40,444 bases of DNA from Nemertoderma westbladi (lineage: Eukaryota; Animalia; Xenacoelomorpha): positions 1 through 40,444 of the forward strand of contig JAUCBJ010000694.1 in assembly GCA_032718475.1 (NCBI GenBank), given 5' to 3'. The position numbers were made by a program, and so were the translations under genes. The notes beneath the pieces are model-generated. The model searched no databases and was not told the origin of the DNA. It saw only the letters and a program-made list of their open reading frames with translations. The first letter of the stretch is position 1, and each line of letters starts with the position of its first letter. This document shows positions 11,248-24,786 of the stretch, piece after piece.

Positions 11248-13431
11248 CTGTTAGTATAGAACAGGAGTCATTCACTATTGAGTTAATAGTTCAGTGTAAG
11301 TAACAATAAACTAATGTAAATATTACCCTCCATCACAGTTAGTAGAACAGGAGTCATTCACTATTGAGTTAATAGTTCAGTGTAAGTAACAATAAACTAC
11401 TGTAAATATTACCCTCCATCACTGTTAGTAGAACAGGAGTCATTCACTATTGAGTTAATAGTTCAGTGTAAGTAACAATAAACTAATGTAAATATTACCC
11501 TCCATCACAGTTAGTAGAACAGGAGTCATTCACTATTGAGTTAATAGTTCAGTGTAAGTAACAATAAACTACTGTAAATATTACCCTCCATCACTGTTAG
11601 TAGAACAGGAGTCATTCACTATTGAGTTAATAGTTCAGTGTAAGTAACAATAAACTACTGTAAATATTACCTTACATCACTGTTAGTAGAACAGGAGTCA
11701 TTCACTATTGAGTTAATATTTCAGTGTAAGTAACAATAAACTACTGTAAATATTACCCTCCATCACTGTTAGTAGAACAGGAGTCATTCACTATTGAGTT
11801 AATAGTTCAGTGTAAGTAACAATAAACTACTGTAAATATTACCTTACATCACTGTTAGTAGAACAGGAGTCATTCACTATTGAGTTAATAGTTCAGTGTA
11901 AGTATCAATAAACTACTGTAAATATTACCCTCCATCACTGTTAGTAGAACAGGAGTCATTCACTATTGAGTTAATAGTTCAGTGTAAGTAACAATAAACT
12001 ACTGTAAATATTACCCTCCATCACCGTTAGTAGAACAGGAGTCATTCACTATTGAGTTAATAGTTCAGTGTAAGTAACAATAAACTACTGTAAATATTAC
12101 CTTACATCACTGTTAGTAGAACAGGAGTCATTCACTATTGAGTTAATATTTCAGTGTAAGTAACAATAAATTACTGTAAATATTACCCTCCATCACTGTT
12201 AGTAGAACAGGAGTCATTCACTATTGAGTTAATAGTTCAGTGTAAGTGACAATAAACTACTGTAAATATTACCTTACATCACTGTTAGTAGAACAGGAGT
12301 CATTCACTATTGAGTTAATATTTCAGTGTAAGTAACAATAAACTACTGTAAATATTACCCTCCATCACTGTTAGTAGAACAGGAGTCATTCACTATTGAG
12401 TTAATAGTTCAGTGTAAGTGACAATAAACTACTGTAAATATTACCTTACATCACTGTTAGTAGAACAGGAGTCATTCACTATTGAGTTAATAGTTCAGTG
12501 TAAGTAACAATAAACTACTGTAAATATTACCCTCCATCACTGTTAGTAGAACAGGAGTCATTCACTATTGAGTTAATAGTTCAGTGTAAGTAACAATAAA
12601 CTACTGTAAATATTACCCTCCATCACTGTTAGTAGAACAGGAGTCATTCACTATTGAGTTAATAGTTCAGTGTAAGTAACAATAAACTACTGTAAATATT
12701 ACCCTCCATCACTGTTAGTAGAACAGGAGTCATTCACAATTGAGTTAATAGTTCAGTGTAAGTGACAATAAACTACTGTAAATATTACCCTCTATCACTG
12801 TTAGTAGAACAGGAGTCATTCACTATTGAGTTAATAGTTCAGTGTAAGTGACAATAAACTACTGTAAATATTACCTTAGTTAGTTTAGTTTATTGACATA
12901 ATTAAGTTCCACAAGCGACTGATGAAAGAAAGTGACAGAAAAATACAAACAGGTAACATAACAATATATGTAAGGAAGACACAACATTGATACAAACAAA
13001 TACAGTACATTTGTAAGCAGTCATAAAAACAATAACAAGAACAATGTGACAAACTATAGCATGCAGCAGACCACTAGGGAACGAGGACAATATGTGTATG
13101 ATTCATAAGTAATAATAATTAATCGATTAACAATAATGATAAACTAATGATATGCAAGCGGGATCAATGACAAGACACAAAATACAGATTCAAACGGACA
13201 CGGTAGAAAATGCGATGTAATTAATTATAATTGTTATCAACAGTCATACCCAATAACTAATTGATTAACACTTAATTTGTCCAAAAAGAAGCCAGTCAGG
13301 GCGGTATCAAAAAAAAGAAAATATATATATAGTAAGTACGTACGTAATGTAAAATAAATCAAATAAATAAATAAATAAATAATGTAAATAGAAATAGCAC
13401 AAACAACTTGATGGCATACTTTGTAGCTTAT

Positions 13432-13455
13432 GGGGGGGGGGGGGGGGGGGGGGGG
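13432..13455 (+). repeat. G24 homopolymer (poly-C on the LINE sense strand, just after the ORF2 stop)
   Basis: Read directly from the sequence. Confidence 0.9.
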
Positions 13456-13459
13456 TGTA

Positions 13460-16400
13460 CTACTCTAAAATGATAAGAGCAGCATGCAAGAAGTTGCAGC
13501 AATCATGCAGATGTTTATCCGAGAAGAAACCCTCTATTGATGTAAACGATAGATTGCTATGTGTGTCACGTAGGGTGGCTAGTGACTGGCACTCACATAT
13601 AATATGTATTTCGGTTTGTATCGAACCGCACTTACACATCCTTAATTCGGCTGGCAGACGCGACCAACGACCAGTTTCCACTGCTAGGTGCGTAGACATT
13701 AGCCTAAATCTAGACCAAGACAGTCTCGCAGCTTCCGAAAGTCCTAAAATTCTAGAATTATACAATGCGTGTGAAGTTAGTGTTGGGTTCAAAGAACGGT
13801 ACACGCTGCGGCGGGTAGTGGTACTACAATTAATGTGATTTACGATGGCCTCACGGTCTATCAAAACACAATTCCGGTCTAATGAGTCCAACTGCATGGT
13901 AATAGCTTTACCCATTCCGCTGTTTGTACCTCTCACAAGGTCTAGTGCAAAGAATAATGGGCCGTGTAGGTCGGGGTGAGCTAACATTGCCTTCAGAAAC
14001 TTGCGTTGCCGTGTTTCAATCAGAGTCTTTGGTGAAGGGCGACCTGTCTCAATTAACAATATATCATGACAGGTCTGGCTGCGGACAACAATCGCAGACT
14101 TGAGCATACTGAAGTATTGCGATGAAGTTGGGGTAATGTTTGCGCCTAGCCAAGTCTCGCAGCTATAAAAGATTGCTGAAGTCACAGCTGCATCAAAAAC
14201 TAAAAGTTTAACCCATAGAGGGCTAATGGAATGTTTATTAAGGAAGGCGTGGTATTTAGATACATGTTTAGTTTTTTCCTTTGCATGTAGTACAACAGAT
14301 TGGTTGATACCCCCGGCTTCACTGATTGATGCGCCTAAGTATATGTAGGACTTTGAATTCTTTACAATAATGTTAGAGATATTGGATGAAACAACGAGAT
14401 CGACTTTATCGTGTGTACTGCCGTTGATGACCATGAACTTAGTCTTCGAAAGATTTATAGACATGTTGAAGTCCTCACAAAATTTAAGAAGGATATTCAG
14501 TTTCTCAAGAGCTCGTACACGAGAAGTTGCTAACAAGGCCGAATCATCCATTAGAAGAAGACAATGAAGAGCCTTCAGGAATCCGTCATCAGTACATTGC
14601 TTCAGTCGTGTGATCAGAGGATTTATATAGAACGCAAACAATCTACAACTACCGGGTGCACCCTGCAGAACACCGCAAATACTTTGTATAAGTGAGGATC
14701 CTATCACACTTACTGTAGATCTATATAATGCCATAAGCGCCCTTAGCATAACACCGCCACAACCCATGGATTTAAGTAACTGAAATAATTTATGGCGGGA
14801 GACTCGATCATAGGCAGTGGCAAAATCTACAAAGATTATGAACAGTTTACACCTCTTGAAAGTGGCATAGTTAATCAATAAGTGGAGAGTTAAAATATGT
14901 TCCTCGCATCGGCGTTTTGATTGGGCACCAGCTTGCTCAATATCTGGTGCGCACCATTGAGAAAGGCGCTGACAGAGAATCCAGTCATATAATTTTGCGA
15001 TCGCATTCAGGATGGAAATACCACGATAATTAGTGCAAATTATACGTGACCCACGTTTGAAAACAGCCACCAGGCGGGACTGACACCAAGATGTGGGGAA
15101 AGTGGAGCCAAGGAATATTGAATTAAACAAAGATAGAAGAAACAATAACCAACTATAAGGTAGGAATTTGAGAATTCCTGGGGAAACACCATCCGGCCCT
15201 GCAGCTTTGTTAGGCTTCAATGAATTAATTCCGACTGAAACTTCATTGATGTTTATTGGCGAATCAAGCAATGGGATAAATGGACAGTCATGAGTGAGGA
15301 CAGGATCATCCAATGTAGATGCCGGGTCAGTGCACAACAGTTTCTCAAAATGTTCTGCAAATTCTATATCAGTCGGTTTATTATCGCTGTGGGAGGACGA
15401 TGTACTAGGTTCGAGACCACCCTTCCAGTTTATTCGGTTCCAAATAGTGCGCTCATTGCAGCTACAGGCTAGTTCATTCCATACCTGGTAGGGTTGACTG
15501 AAAGCATTACCTGAGAAATGGACAGGAATACCTTTACTGGTGGAAACACATGCAGAACTAGCAGCGGAATAAATTGCAGCTACAAAGGCTTCAGATGCAA
15601 TAGTAATATCTTGGGCAATTGTGTGCTGCATGTTTGGTTCCATGACACTGAGCGACGAACGAAATATAGTCGGCACCAATTGGCGTGGTTTTATGGGTTT
15701 CCTACATGAAGGCTTAGGGGCTTTTTCACAAAATTCAGAATAACTACCAAGCCAAAGTGAGCGAGCCAGTAAATGTGCTGCAGTAGGTACATTATCAAGT
15801 TTCACATTCAAATAAATGGCATTATGGTCAGAGGGCAACCTCTGATCAACTACACCAAAAGCAGTGATGTTACTAATAAAGTTAGTGCTGACTGCAGCAC
15901 GGTCAAGCTCAGAAATATGTTTTCCTTTCCTATGGTATGTTAAGGCACCACCAAACATAATATTGCCGAAACACCCATAACTAATGTTCAATAGATCACA
16001 ATCAGTAAGTAGTTGGCAAAAACGCTTGCCATTACTGTTCACTGTTAAATCGTGGGGATTTCTGTTCCTAAAATCGGCACCACTGGGTAGTTTAACTACA
16101 TTGGTTGAAAGTAAATTCCCAACCCGTGCATTAAAATCACCCAAAAGTATAACAGAACGGCTGCCACTGGTATCAAATATGTGTGACTGAATATCTGCCC
16201 ATACAAAGGGATCATAATAACGTGAATCAGTTGGTGCAATGTATGAGCATGCAAAATCTATGGATGGAAAATCCAATAAAGTAAACCAAATTACTTCATT
16301 TGTATCTGTACAGAACTCTTTAATTTTTAATCTGTTTTGGATCAGTACTGCAACACCACCCCTATCACTATTAGGGCTAGGGTTGTGTAAAATAGTAAAA

Positions 16401-16588
16401 CCTGGTACACAAAAACGGTAACCGGCCTTTGTTTCTTGTAAAAATATTATATTATAATTACTAAAAAGCCTGAAAACAGTTTGGCATAGGAATTTCGTAC
16501 CGAGCCCATTACAGTTCCAAGATAATATATTTAAAACGTCAGTTCGCTTGTGGCCAGTTAAAAAATCGGCATAAATCTGTCGATAATA
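13460..16588 (-). CDS. LINE ORF2: APE endonuclease + reverse transcriptase + C-terminal zinc knuckle; uninterrupted
   Basis: The frame is open upstream of the ORF-track start (ILSWNCNG, FLQETK, RGGVAVL). Then GDFNAR, SDHNA, KAAGPDG, NYRGISI, FVDFATAYD, GVLQG, LLLMDD, YLG. No ATG precedes the endonuclease. Confidence 0.9.
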   Translation of the reverse strand, partial: YYRQIYADFLTGHKRTDVLNILSWNCNGLGTKFLCQTVFRLFSNYNIIFLQETKAGYRFCVPGFTILHNPSPNSDRGGVAVLIQNRLKIKEFCTDTNEVIWFTLLDFPSIDFACSYIAPTDSRYYDPFVWADIQSHIFDTSGSRSVILLGDFNARVGNLLSTNVVKLPSGADFRNRNPHDLTVNSNGKRFCQLLTDCDLLNISYGCFGNIMFGGALTYHRKGKHISELDRAAVSTNFISNITAFGVVDQRLPSDHNAIYLNVKLDNVPTAAHLLARSLWLGSYSEFCEKAPKPSCRKPIKPRQLVPTIFRSSLSVMEPNMQHTIAQDITIASEAFVAAIYSAASSACVSTSKGIPVHFSGNAFSQPYQVWNELACSCNERTIWNRINWKGGLEPSTSSSHSDNKPTDIEFAEHFEKLLCTDPASTLDDPVLTHDCPFIPLLDSPININEVSVGINSLKPNKAAGPDGVSPGILKFLPYSWLLFLLSLFNSIFLGSTFPTSWCQSRLVAVFKRGSRIICTNYRGISILNAIAKLYDWILCQRLSQWCAPDIEQAGAQSKRRCEEHILTLHLLINYATFKRCKLFIIFVDFATAYDRVSRHKLFQLLKSMGCGGVMLRALMALYRSTVSVIGSSLIQSICGVLQGAPGSCRLFAFYINPLITRLKQCTDDGFLKALHCLLLMDDSALLATSRVRALEKLNILLKFCEDFNMSINLSKTKFMVINGSTHDKVDLVVSSNISNIIVKNSKSYIYLGASISEAGGINQSVVLHAKEKTKHVSKYHAFLNKHSISPLWVKLLVFDAAVTSAIFYSCETWLGANITPTSSQYFSMLKSAIVVRSQTCHDILLIETGRPSPKTLIETRQRKFLKAMLAHPDLHGPLFFALDLVRGTNSGMGKAITMQLDSLDRNCVLIDREAIVNHINCSTTTRRSVYRSLNPTLTSHALYNSRILGLSEAARLSWSRFRLMSTHLAVETGRWSRLPAELRMCKCGSIQTEIHIICECQSLATLRDTHSNLSFTSIEGFFSDKHLHDCCNFLHAALIILE

Positions 16589-19034
16589 TCATTGTCTCTA
16601 TAGATAACCCTCTCCTTGAAATCGAACTTAATAAAATGACCGGCATTTTCAGGTTTAAGTTTCTCAACTGCCGCAACTTTACGAAGACGCCCCAACTCTT
16701 TGCTAATTGCGGGGTGTACGTCCGCTTTCAGGTAGATTCTGTTAAAGGGGTCAGAAGCATCTTTTAATTTCTTTGCTGCAGAGAGAATGGCACCGCGATG
16801 TGGTGCAGAGGACTTCAGAGAGATCAGCAAGGGGCGACTGCGGGGGGGTTCCGCTACGGGTATCGCATCATTATTATGTTCTGGATTCTTTTCCTTACCC
16901 AGACGACGAACAGAGAAACTCTCAATGTCCAACTGCACTTCAAGGTGGTCAAATATCACCGCGCATTTCCTAGCGTCGTCCCTCTCACCTTCGAAGTTCC
17001 CCTCTGGAAGACCAGTACAAATAATCGTCCGGCTCCGTATGTCACGGTCAATAGACTCACTGAAAGCCATGTGGTTATCGAGACTCGCACGTAGATCAGC
17101 ATTCTCCTTTTCCAAAACATCAACTCGTTTCTCCAGCACAACCACGCGGTGGTTAACGGTTTCAGATATGATGGCGCGAAGGTCATCCACGGATAGGCTC
17201 GTTAGTGGTGTGCCCCCGGATGGTGGACTGGTAGTACCACCACCTGTGCTATTGCGAGGATCAGCAGTGTTGCGAAGTGGTATGGCATTAGAGCCTGAAA
17301 CGGGATTCTGATTCTGCCTCCTAAAACTACTGGGCAGAATAGGCCGGTCGTTTGGCCTGGGTATGTTCACATCGGTGTGATTCCGTCTTGCTGGGCCAGC
17401 AGACGCCTGCCCAGTTAAAAAAAACTATGTGCATCATATGTGGCTGCATAAATATTTTACACAAATGTGGCATACATCGAAATGAAACAGTCCAGACACA
17501 TATGCAGTGCATATGTCTAAGCATATATGCTCCAAAAATTATAAACATAGTGGTTGCATATATGCATGTGCTGTGCATCCCAGCAAACAATGTACGCTGA
17601 GACAGTCTATCCAATCACAGGGCGTTCCTAGTGCATGCTGTGATTGAGAGAGAGGGGGTGGGGGTTAGCCTACCTTATCTTATGTCTATGTCTACACCCT
17701 ACGGCCCTACACTTAGTATACTCTATACATACTGAGATCTAATCGCTTGAGTACATATGAAAATATATAATTCATTAAGACTGAGGAGTATCCTATATAA
17801 CTTTCAGCGACGATCAAAAAATATTATTTCGAATATTAAAATCGATATAATTGATTTTATTTTCAACTATATTAGATAATTCATTAGTATGAATTTACTA
17901 AAAATAGTACATTGTAGAACTGTTTAATATATAATTATAAACCATACTTCTATCCAATAATTTAAGTTTTTTGCAATTTAAGTCGGGGGTGGAGGGAGGG
18001 GTGGGGAGAAGGGGGGTGGTTGGTGTTTTGCGCTAGTTGAATTTTTGATCGTTTCATTTTTTATTTATGTTAACAGTATAAAATGCTAAAATACAGGATA
18101 TAATCGTAAAATGTATCCCTTGAGAGGGTTACATTATTTTTTCCTTTGATTGAGTTTAGAAAATATATCATCATCAAAAGAAAATATATCAATATGAAAA
18201 GTATTCTAATTGCGAAATGCTTTGTTGATAGGCTTATGTTGTAAATAATTTGAATTATCAAACAATTGTAAAAACGACATTGGGATAGCTTTAATTATGG
18301 TAATCTCATTTTAGGTACTCTACTATCGGAATGGACGCAAAACGTAATGTGTCGGCAGGATGTACTGTAGCTATATATTGACGTAGCTATTTCAATATCC
18401 ACTTTTAGCTATTTCAATATCGACCTTTACCTATCTCACTACAGTATATTGACTTAGCTATCTTAATATATTGACGTAGCTATCTATGGCAAAATGTGAT
18501 GATTTTCATCCGCATAAAAGTGTTTGAGTCAAATAAACACCCCGTTAGCATAAAATGAGAGAAGGCGTGGGAAAATAGACACAGAGATATGTACAGAAGA
18601 ACATAAGCTGTGACTGGCATATGTTTTGCACAAATTCCACACATATTCTCACCATAAATTTTCTGTCATGTTTACAGTAGCACATGTTAATCTTATGGGT
18701 ATCTGATATGTCAGTGCACAAATTATTGTGTGTCAAAGGCATATGTTTTAAATATATCAATCACAATTACATGAAACTGAGATTTAATGTGTGCCTTTAC
18801 CACATTCTCTGCTTATTTGCTGAAATTATGTTGCTGCATATATTTTTGTTGGGCATAAGTTTCCCACATGACACATGTAATTCACATATGATACATATTA
18901 CCATTTTTAACTGGGTGGCTGATCCCATTCTGGTTGGTTAGGCAGTCGTTGTTAGGCGCGGCGAAGCAGGTATCGCAAAGGAACCCGCGCTTTAATCGTG
19001 GCTGGAACGCCTTACAAGTGACACAGTATCCCAT
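16558..19034 (-). pseudogene. LINE ORF1 (322 codons when reconstructed), split by a DNA transposon at 17410-18915
   Basis: Joining 19034-18918 to 17409-16558 gives an open frame, MGYCVTCKAFQPRLKRGFLCDTC…GIS|QASAGP…DVNIPRP…RFMPIF*. Confidence 0.85.
17410..18915. mobile_element. Non-autonomous TIR DNA transposon (CMC/EnSpm-like, CCCAG ends)
   Basis: TIRs CCCAGTTAAAAA…TTTTTAACTGGG with a 2-bp TG duplication (17408-17409, 18916-18917) and CATATG-rich subterminal repeats. No transposase. Its removal restores ORF1. Confidence 0.85.
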
Positions 19035-22000
19035 TAGGCCTACTGCATACAGTTAGAGTTGCAGAATACAATATATCAGTGTACCAGTACAGTACATCAC
19101 AGTACAGTCACGACTACACCAAAGTGCGCTCTTTGCAATACTTACATCACTGTTAGTAGAACAGGAGTCATTCACTATTGAGTTAATAGTTCAGTGTAAG
19201 TAACAATAAACTACTGTAAATATTACCCTCCATCACTGTTAGTAGAACAGGAGTCATTCACTATTGAGTTAATAGTTCAGTGTAAGTAACAATAAACTAC
19301 TGTAAATATTACCCTCCACCACTGTTAGTAGAACAGGAGTCATTCACTATTGAGTTAATAGTTCAGTGTAAGTAACAATAAACTACTGTAAATATTACCC
19401 TCCATCACTGTTAGTAGAACAGGAGTCATTCACTATTGAGTTAATAGTTCAGTGTAAGTAACAATAAACTACTGTAAATATTACCCTCCATCACTGTTAG
19501 TAGAACAGGAGTCATTCACTATTGAGTTAATAGTTCAGTGTAAGTAACAATAAACTACTGTAAATATTACCCTCCATCACTGTTAGTAGAACAGGAGTCA
19601 TTCACTATTGAGTTAATATTTCAGTGTAAGTAACAATAAACTACTGTAAATATTACCCTCCATCACTGTTAGTAGAACTGGAGTCATTCACTATTGAGTT
19701 AATAGTTCAGTGTAAGTAACAATAAACTACTGTAAATATTACCCTCCATCACTGTTAGTAGAACAGGAGTCATTCACTATTGAGTTAATAGTTCAGTGTA
19801 AGTAACAATAAACTACTGTAAATATTACCCTCCATCACTGTTAGTAGAACAGGAGTCATTCACTATTGAGTTAATAGTTCAGTGTAAGTAACAATAAACT
19901 ACAGTAAATATTACCCTCCATCACTGTTAGTAGAACAGGAGTCATTCACTATTGAGTTAATAGTTCAGTGTAAGTAACAATAAACTACTGTAAATGTTAC
20001 CCTCCATCACTGTTAGTAGAACAGGAGTCATTCACTATTGAGTTAGTTCAGTGTAAGTAACAATAAACTACTGTAAATATTACCCTTCATCACTGTTAGT
20101 AGAACAGGAGTCATTCACTATTGAGTTAATAGTTCAGTGTAAGTGACAATAAACTACTGTAAATATTACCCTTTATCACTGTTAGTAGAACAGGAGTCAT
20201 TCACTATTGAGTTAATAGTTCAGTGTAAGTAACAATAAACTACTGTAAATATTACCCTCCATCACTGTTAGTAGAACAGGAGTCATTCACTATTGAGTTA
20301 ATAGTTCAGTGTAAGTAACAATAAACTACTGTAAATATTACCCTCCATCACTGTTATTAGAACAGGAGTCATTCACTATTGAGTTAATAGTTCAGTGTAA
20401 GTAACAATAAACTACTGTAAATATTACCCTCCATCATTGTTAGTAGAACAGGAGTCATTCACTATTGAGTTAATAGTTCAGTGTAAGTAACAATAAACTA
20501 CTGTAAATATTACTCTCCATCACTGTTAGTAGAACAGCAGTCATTCACTATTGAGTTAATAGTTCAGTGTAAGTAACAATAAACTACTGTAAATATTACC
20601 CTCCATCACTGTTAGTAGAACAGGAGTCATTCACTATTGAGTTAATAGTTCAGTGTAAGTAACAATAAACTACTGTAAATATTACTCTCCATCACTGTTA
20701 GTAGAACAGCAGTCATTCACTATTGAGTTAATAGTTCAGTGTAAGTAACAATAAACTACTGTAAATATTACCCTCCATCACTGTTAGTAGAACAGGAGTC
20801 ATTCACTATTGAGTTAATAGTTCAGTGTAAGTAACAATAAACTACTGTAAATATTACCCTCCATCACTGTTAGTAGAACAGGAGTCAATCACTATTGAGT
20901 TAATAGTTCAGTGTAAGTAACAATAAACTACAGTAAATATTACCCTCCATCACTGTTAGTAGAACAGGAGTCATTCACTATTGAGTTAATAGTTCAGTGT
21001 AAGTAACAATAAACTACTGTAAATATTACTCTCCATCACTGTTAGTAGAACAGGAGTCATTCACTATTGAGTTAATAGTTCAGTGTAAGTAACAATAAAC
21101 TACTGTAAATATTACCCTACATCACTGTTAGTAGAACAGGAGTCATTCACTATTGAGTTAATAGTTCAGTGTAAGTAACAATAAACTAATGTAAATATTA
21201 CCCTCCATCACTGTTAGTAGAACAGGAGTCATTCACTATTGAGTTAATAGTTCAGTGTAAGTAACAATAAACTACTGTAAATATTACCCTCCATCACTGT
21301 TAGTAGAACAGGAATCATTCACTATTGAGTTAATAGTTCAGTGTAAGTAACAATAAACTACTGTAAATATTACCCTCCATCACTGTTAGTAGAACAGGAG
21401 TCATTCACTATTGAGTTAATAGTTCAGTGTAAGTAACAATAAACTACTGTAAATATTACTCTCCATCACTGTTAGTAGAACAGCAGTCATTCACTATTGA
21501 GTTAATAGTTCAGTGTAAGTAACAATAAACTACTGTAAATATTACCCTCCATCACTGTTAGTAGAACAGGAGTCATTCACTATTGAGTTAATAGTTCAGT
21601 GTAAGTAACAATAAACTACTGTAAATATTACCCTCCATCACTGTTAGTAGAACAGGAGTCATTCACTATTGAGTTAATAGTTCAGTGTAAGTAACAATAA
21701 ACTACAGTAAATATTACCCTCCATCACTGTTAGTAGAACAGGAGTCATTCACTATTGAGTTAATAGTTCAGTGTAAGTAACAATAAACTACTGTAAATAT
21801 TACCCTCCATCACTGTTAGTAGAACAGGAGTCATTCACTATTGAGTTAATAGTTCAGTGTAAGTAACTTTAAACTACAGTAAATATTACCCTCCATCACT
21901 GTTAGTAGAACAGGAGTCATTCACTATTGAGTTAATAGTTCAGTGTAAGTAACAATAAACTACTGTAAATATTACTCTCCATCACTGTTAGTAGAACAGG

Positions 22001-24249
22001 AGTCATTCACTATTGAGTTAATAGTTCAGTGTAAGTAACAATAAACTACTGTAAATATTACCCTACATCACTGTTAGTAGAACAGGAGTCATTCACTATT
22101 GAGTTAATAGTTCAGTGTAAGTAACAATAAACTAATGTAAATATTACCCTCCATCACTGTTAGTAGAACAGGAGTCATTCACTATTGAGTTAATAGTTCA
22201 GTGTAAGTAACAATAAACTACTGTAAATATTACCCTCCATCACTGTTAGTAGAACAGGAATCATTCACTATTGAGTTAATAGTTCAGTGTAAGTAACAAT
22301 AAACTACTGTAAATATTACCCTCCATCACTGTTAGTAGAACAGGAGTCATTCACTATTGAGTTAATAGTTCAGTGTAAGTAACAATAAACTACTGTAAAT
22401 ATTACCCTCCATCACCGTTAGTAGAACAGGAGTCATTCACTATTGAGTTAATAGTTCAGTGTAAGTAACAATAAACTACTGTAAATATTACCCTCCATCA
22501 CTGTTAGTAGAACAGGAGTCATTCAGTATTGAGTTAATAGTTCAGTGTAAGTAACAATAAACTACTGTAAATATTACCCTCCATCACTGTTAGTAGAACA
22601 GGAGTCATTCACAATTGAGTTAATAGTTCAGTGTAAGTAACAATAAACTACTGTAAATATTACCCTCCATCACTGTTAGTAGAACAGGAGTCATTCACAA
22701 TTGAGTTAATAGTTCAGTGTAAGTAACAATAAACTACTGTAAATATTACCCTCCATCACTGTTAGTAGAACAGGAGTCATTCACTATTGAGTTAATAGTT
22801 CAGTGTAAGTAACAATAAACTACTGTAAATATTACCCTCCATCACTGTTAGTAGAACAGGAGTCATTCACAATTGAGTTAATAGTTCAGTGTAAGTAACA
22901 ATAAACTACTGTAAATATTACTCTCCATCACTGTTAGTAGAACAGGAGTCATTCACTATTGAGTTAATAGTTCAGCGTAAGTAACAATAAACTACTGTAA
23001 ATATTACCCTCCATCACTGTTAGTAGAACAGGAGTCATTCACTATTGAGTTAATAGTTCAGTGTAAGTAACAATAAACTACAGTAAATATTACTCTCCAT
23101 CACTGTTAGTAGAACAGGAGTCATTCACTATTGAGTTAATAGTTCAGTGTAAGTAACAATAAACTACTGTAAATATTACCCTCCATCACTGTTAGTAGAA
23201 CAGGAGTCATTCACAATTGAGTTAATAGTTCAGTGTAAGTAACAATAAACTACTGTAAATATGACTCTCCATCACTGTTAGTAGAACAGGAGTCATTCAC
23301 TATTGAGTTAATAGTTCAGCGTAAGTAACAATAAACTACTGTAAATATTACCCTCCATCACTGTTAGTAGAACAGGAGTCATTCACTATTGAGTTAATAG
23401 TTCAGTGTAAGTAACATTAAACTACTGTAAATATTACTCTCCATCACTGTTAGTAGAACAGGAGTCATTCACTATTGAGTTAATAGTTCAGCGTAAGTAA
23501 CAATAAACTACTGTAAATATTACCCTCCATCACTGTTAGTAGAACAGGAGTCATTCACTATTGAGTTAATAGTTCAGTGTAAGTAACAATAAACTACTGT
23601 AAATATTACCCTCCATCACTGTTAGTAGAACAGGAGTCATTCACTATTGAGTTAATAGTTCAGTGTAAATAACAATAAACTACTGTAAATATTACCCTCC
23701 ATCACTGTTAGTAGAACATGAGTCATTTACAATTGAGTTAATAGTTCAGTGTAAGTAACAATTAGCTACTGTAAATATTAACCTCCATCACTGTTAGTAG
23801 AACAGGAGTCATTCACAATTGAGTTAATAGTTCAGTGTAAGTAACAATAAACTACTGTAAATATTACCCTCCATCACTGTTAGTAGAACAGGAGTCATTC
23901 ACAATTGAGTTAATAGTTCAGTGTAAGTAACAATAAACTACTGTAAATATTACCCTACATCACTGTTAGTAGAACAGGAGTCATTCACTATTGAGTTAAT
24001 AGTTCAGTGTAAGTAACAATAAACTACTGTAAATATTACCCTCCATCACTGTTAGTAGAACAGGAGTCATTCACTATTGAGTTAATAGTTCAGTGTAAGT
24101 AACAATAAACTACTGTAAATATTACCCTCCATCACTGTTAGTAGAACAGGAATCATTCACTATTGAGTTAATAGTTCAGTGTAAGTAACAATAAACTACT
24201 GTAAATATTACCCTCCATCACTGTTAGTAGAACAGGAGTCATTCACTAT

Positions 24250-24786
24250 TGTGACGGGATCCAGGAGGGATCCCGATTTATCCGATGTGGTATTTAGTCC
24301 ACGCGTCCCCGCCGTGTATAAGAGTGAAATAAAGATAACTGAGTTCTGAAGTTCGGTGTATAATAAGAGGTTATAGGATATAGATATATTGTGAATGTGT
24401 ACAAGGCGGGATACGGTAACTAAAGTCCCGTGATCCCCTAACTAAACTAATTGGCTGTACCCTACGCTAGCACTGCTGCACTGAGATAACTGAATCACTG
24501 ATTAATAGGTTATTGGTTATATTGCACGGTGGCCTTACTGCTACTCAATCGATGCCATTCCCCCCTCTGATTGGTTAATACCCTTGTTGGCGCCCCGTGG
24601 AGTATTCCCGTTCACTCCACCTGTTCTCTCTGGGTTAGGGGTTTGGCCCCTGACCCTCTATTGTGTGCTTCCTTCCCACTCTTATTGGGATGGCACGAGT
24701 TGGTTAATTGCCCAATCTCGTGGCTCCCAATATTGCTTATCGGCTAATAACTTTATGGGGTGTTGGCGGGATTGAATAAGCTAACA
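24250..24786 (-). repeat. 3' LTR
   Basis: Direct repeat of 30980-31516, adjacent to the polypurine tract. Confidence 0.95.

Larger units (their letters stand above)
12879..19140 (-). mobile_element. Full-length two-ORF LINE (RTE-X-like) inserted in the satellite
   Basis: CTTA duplication (12875-12878, 19141-19144); AATAAA + (CTAAA)n tail on the - strand; ORF1 and ORF2 present. Clade is inferred from LLLMDD and the C-terminal ETGRW…C.C…H…C knuckle. Confidence 0.88.

Noticed and set aside
10454-11275. 273-aa and 271-aa ORFs as functional genes
   Set aside because: Their start codons come from flanking satellite, and they encode only the CR1 RT C-terminus without the catalytic core.
24584-24775. 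Identical 63-aa ORFs here and at 31314-31505
   Set aside because: By-product of LTR duplication; antisense to the element with no protein motif.
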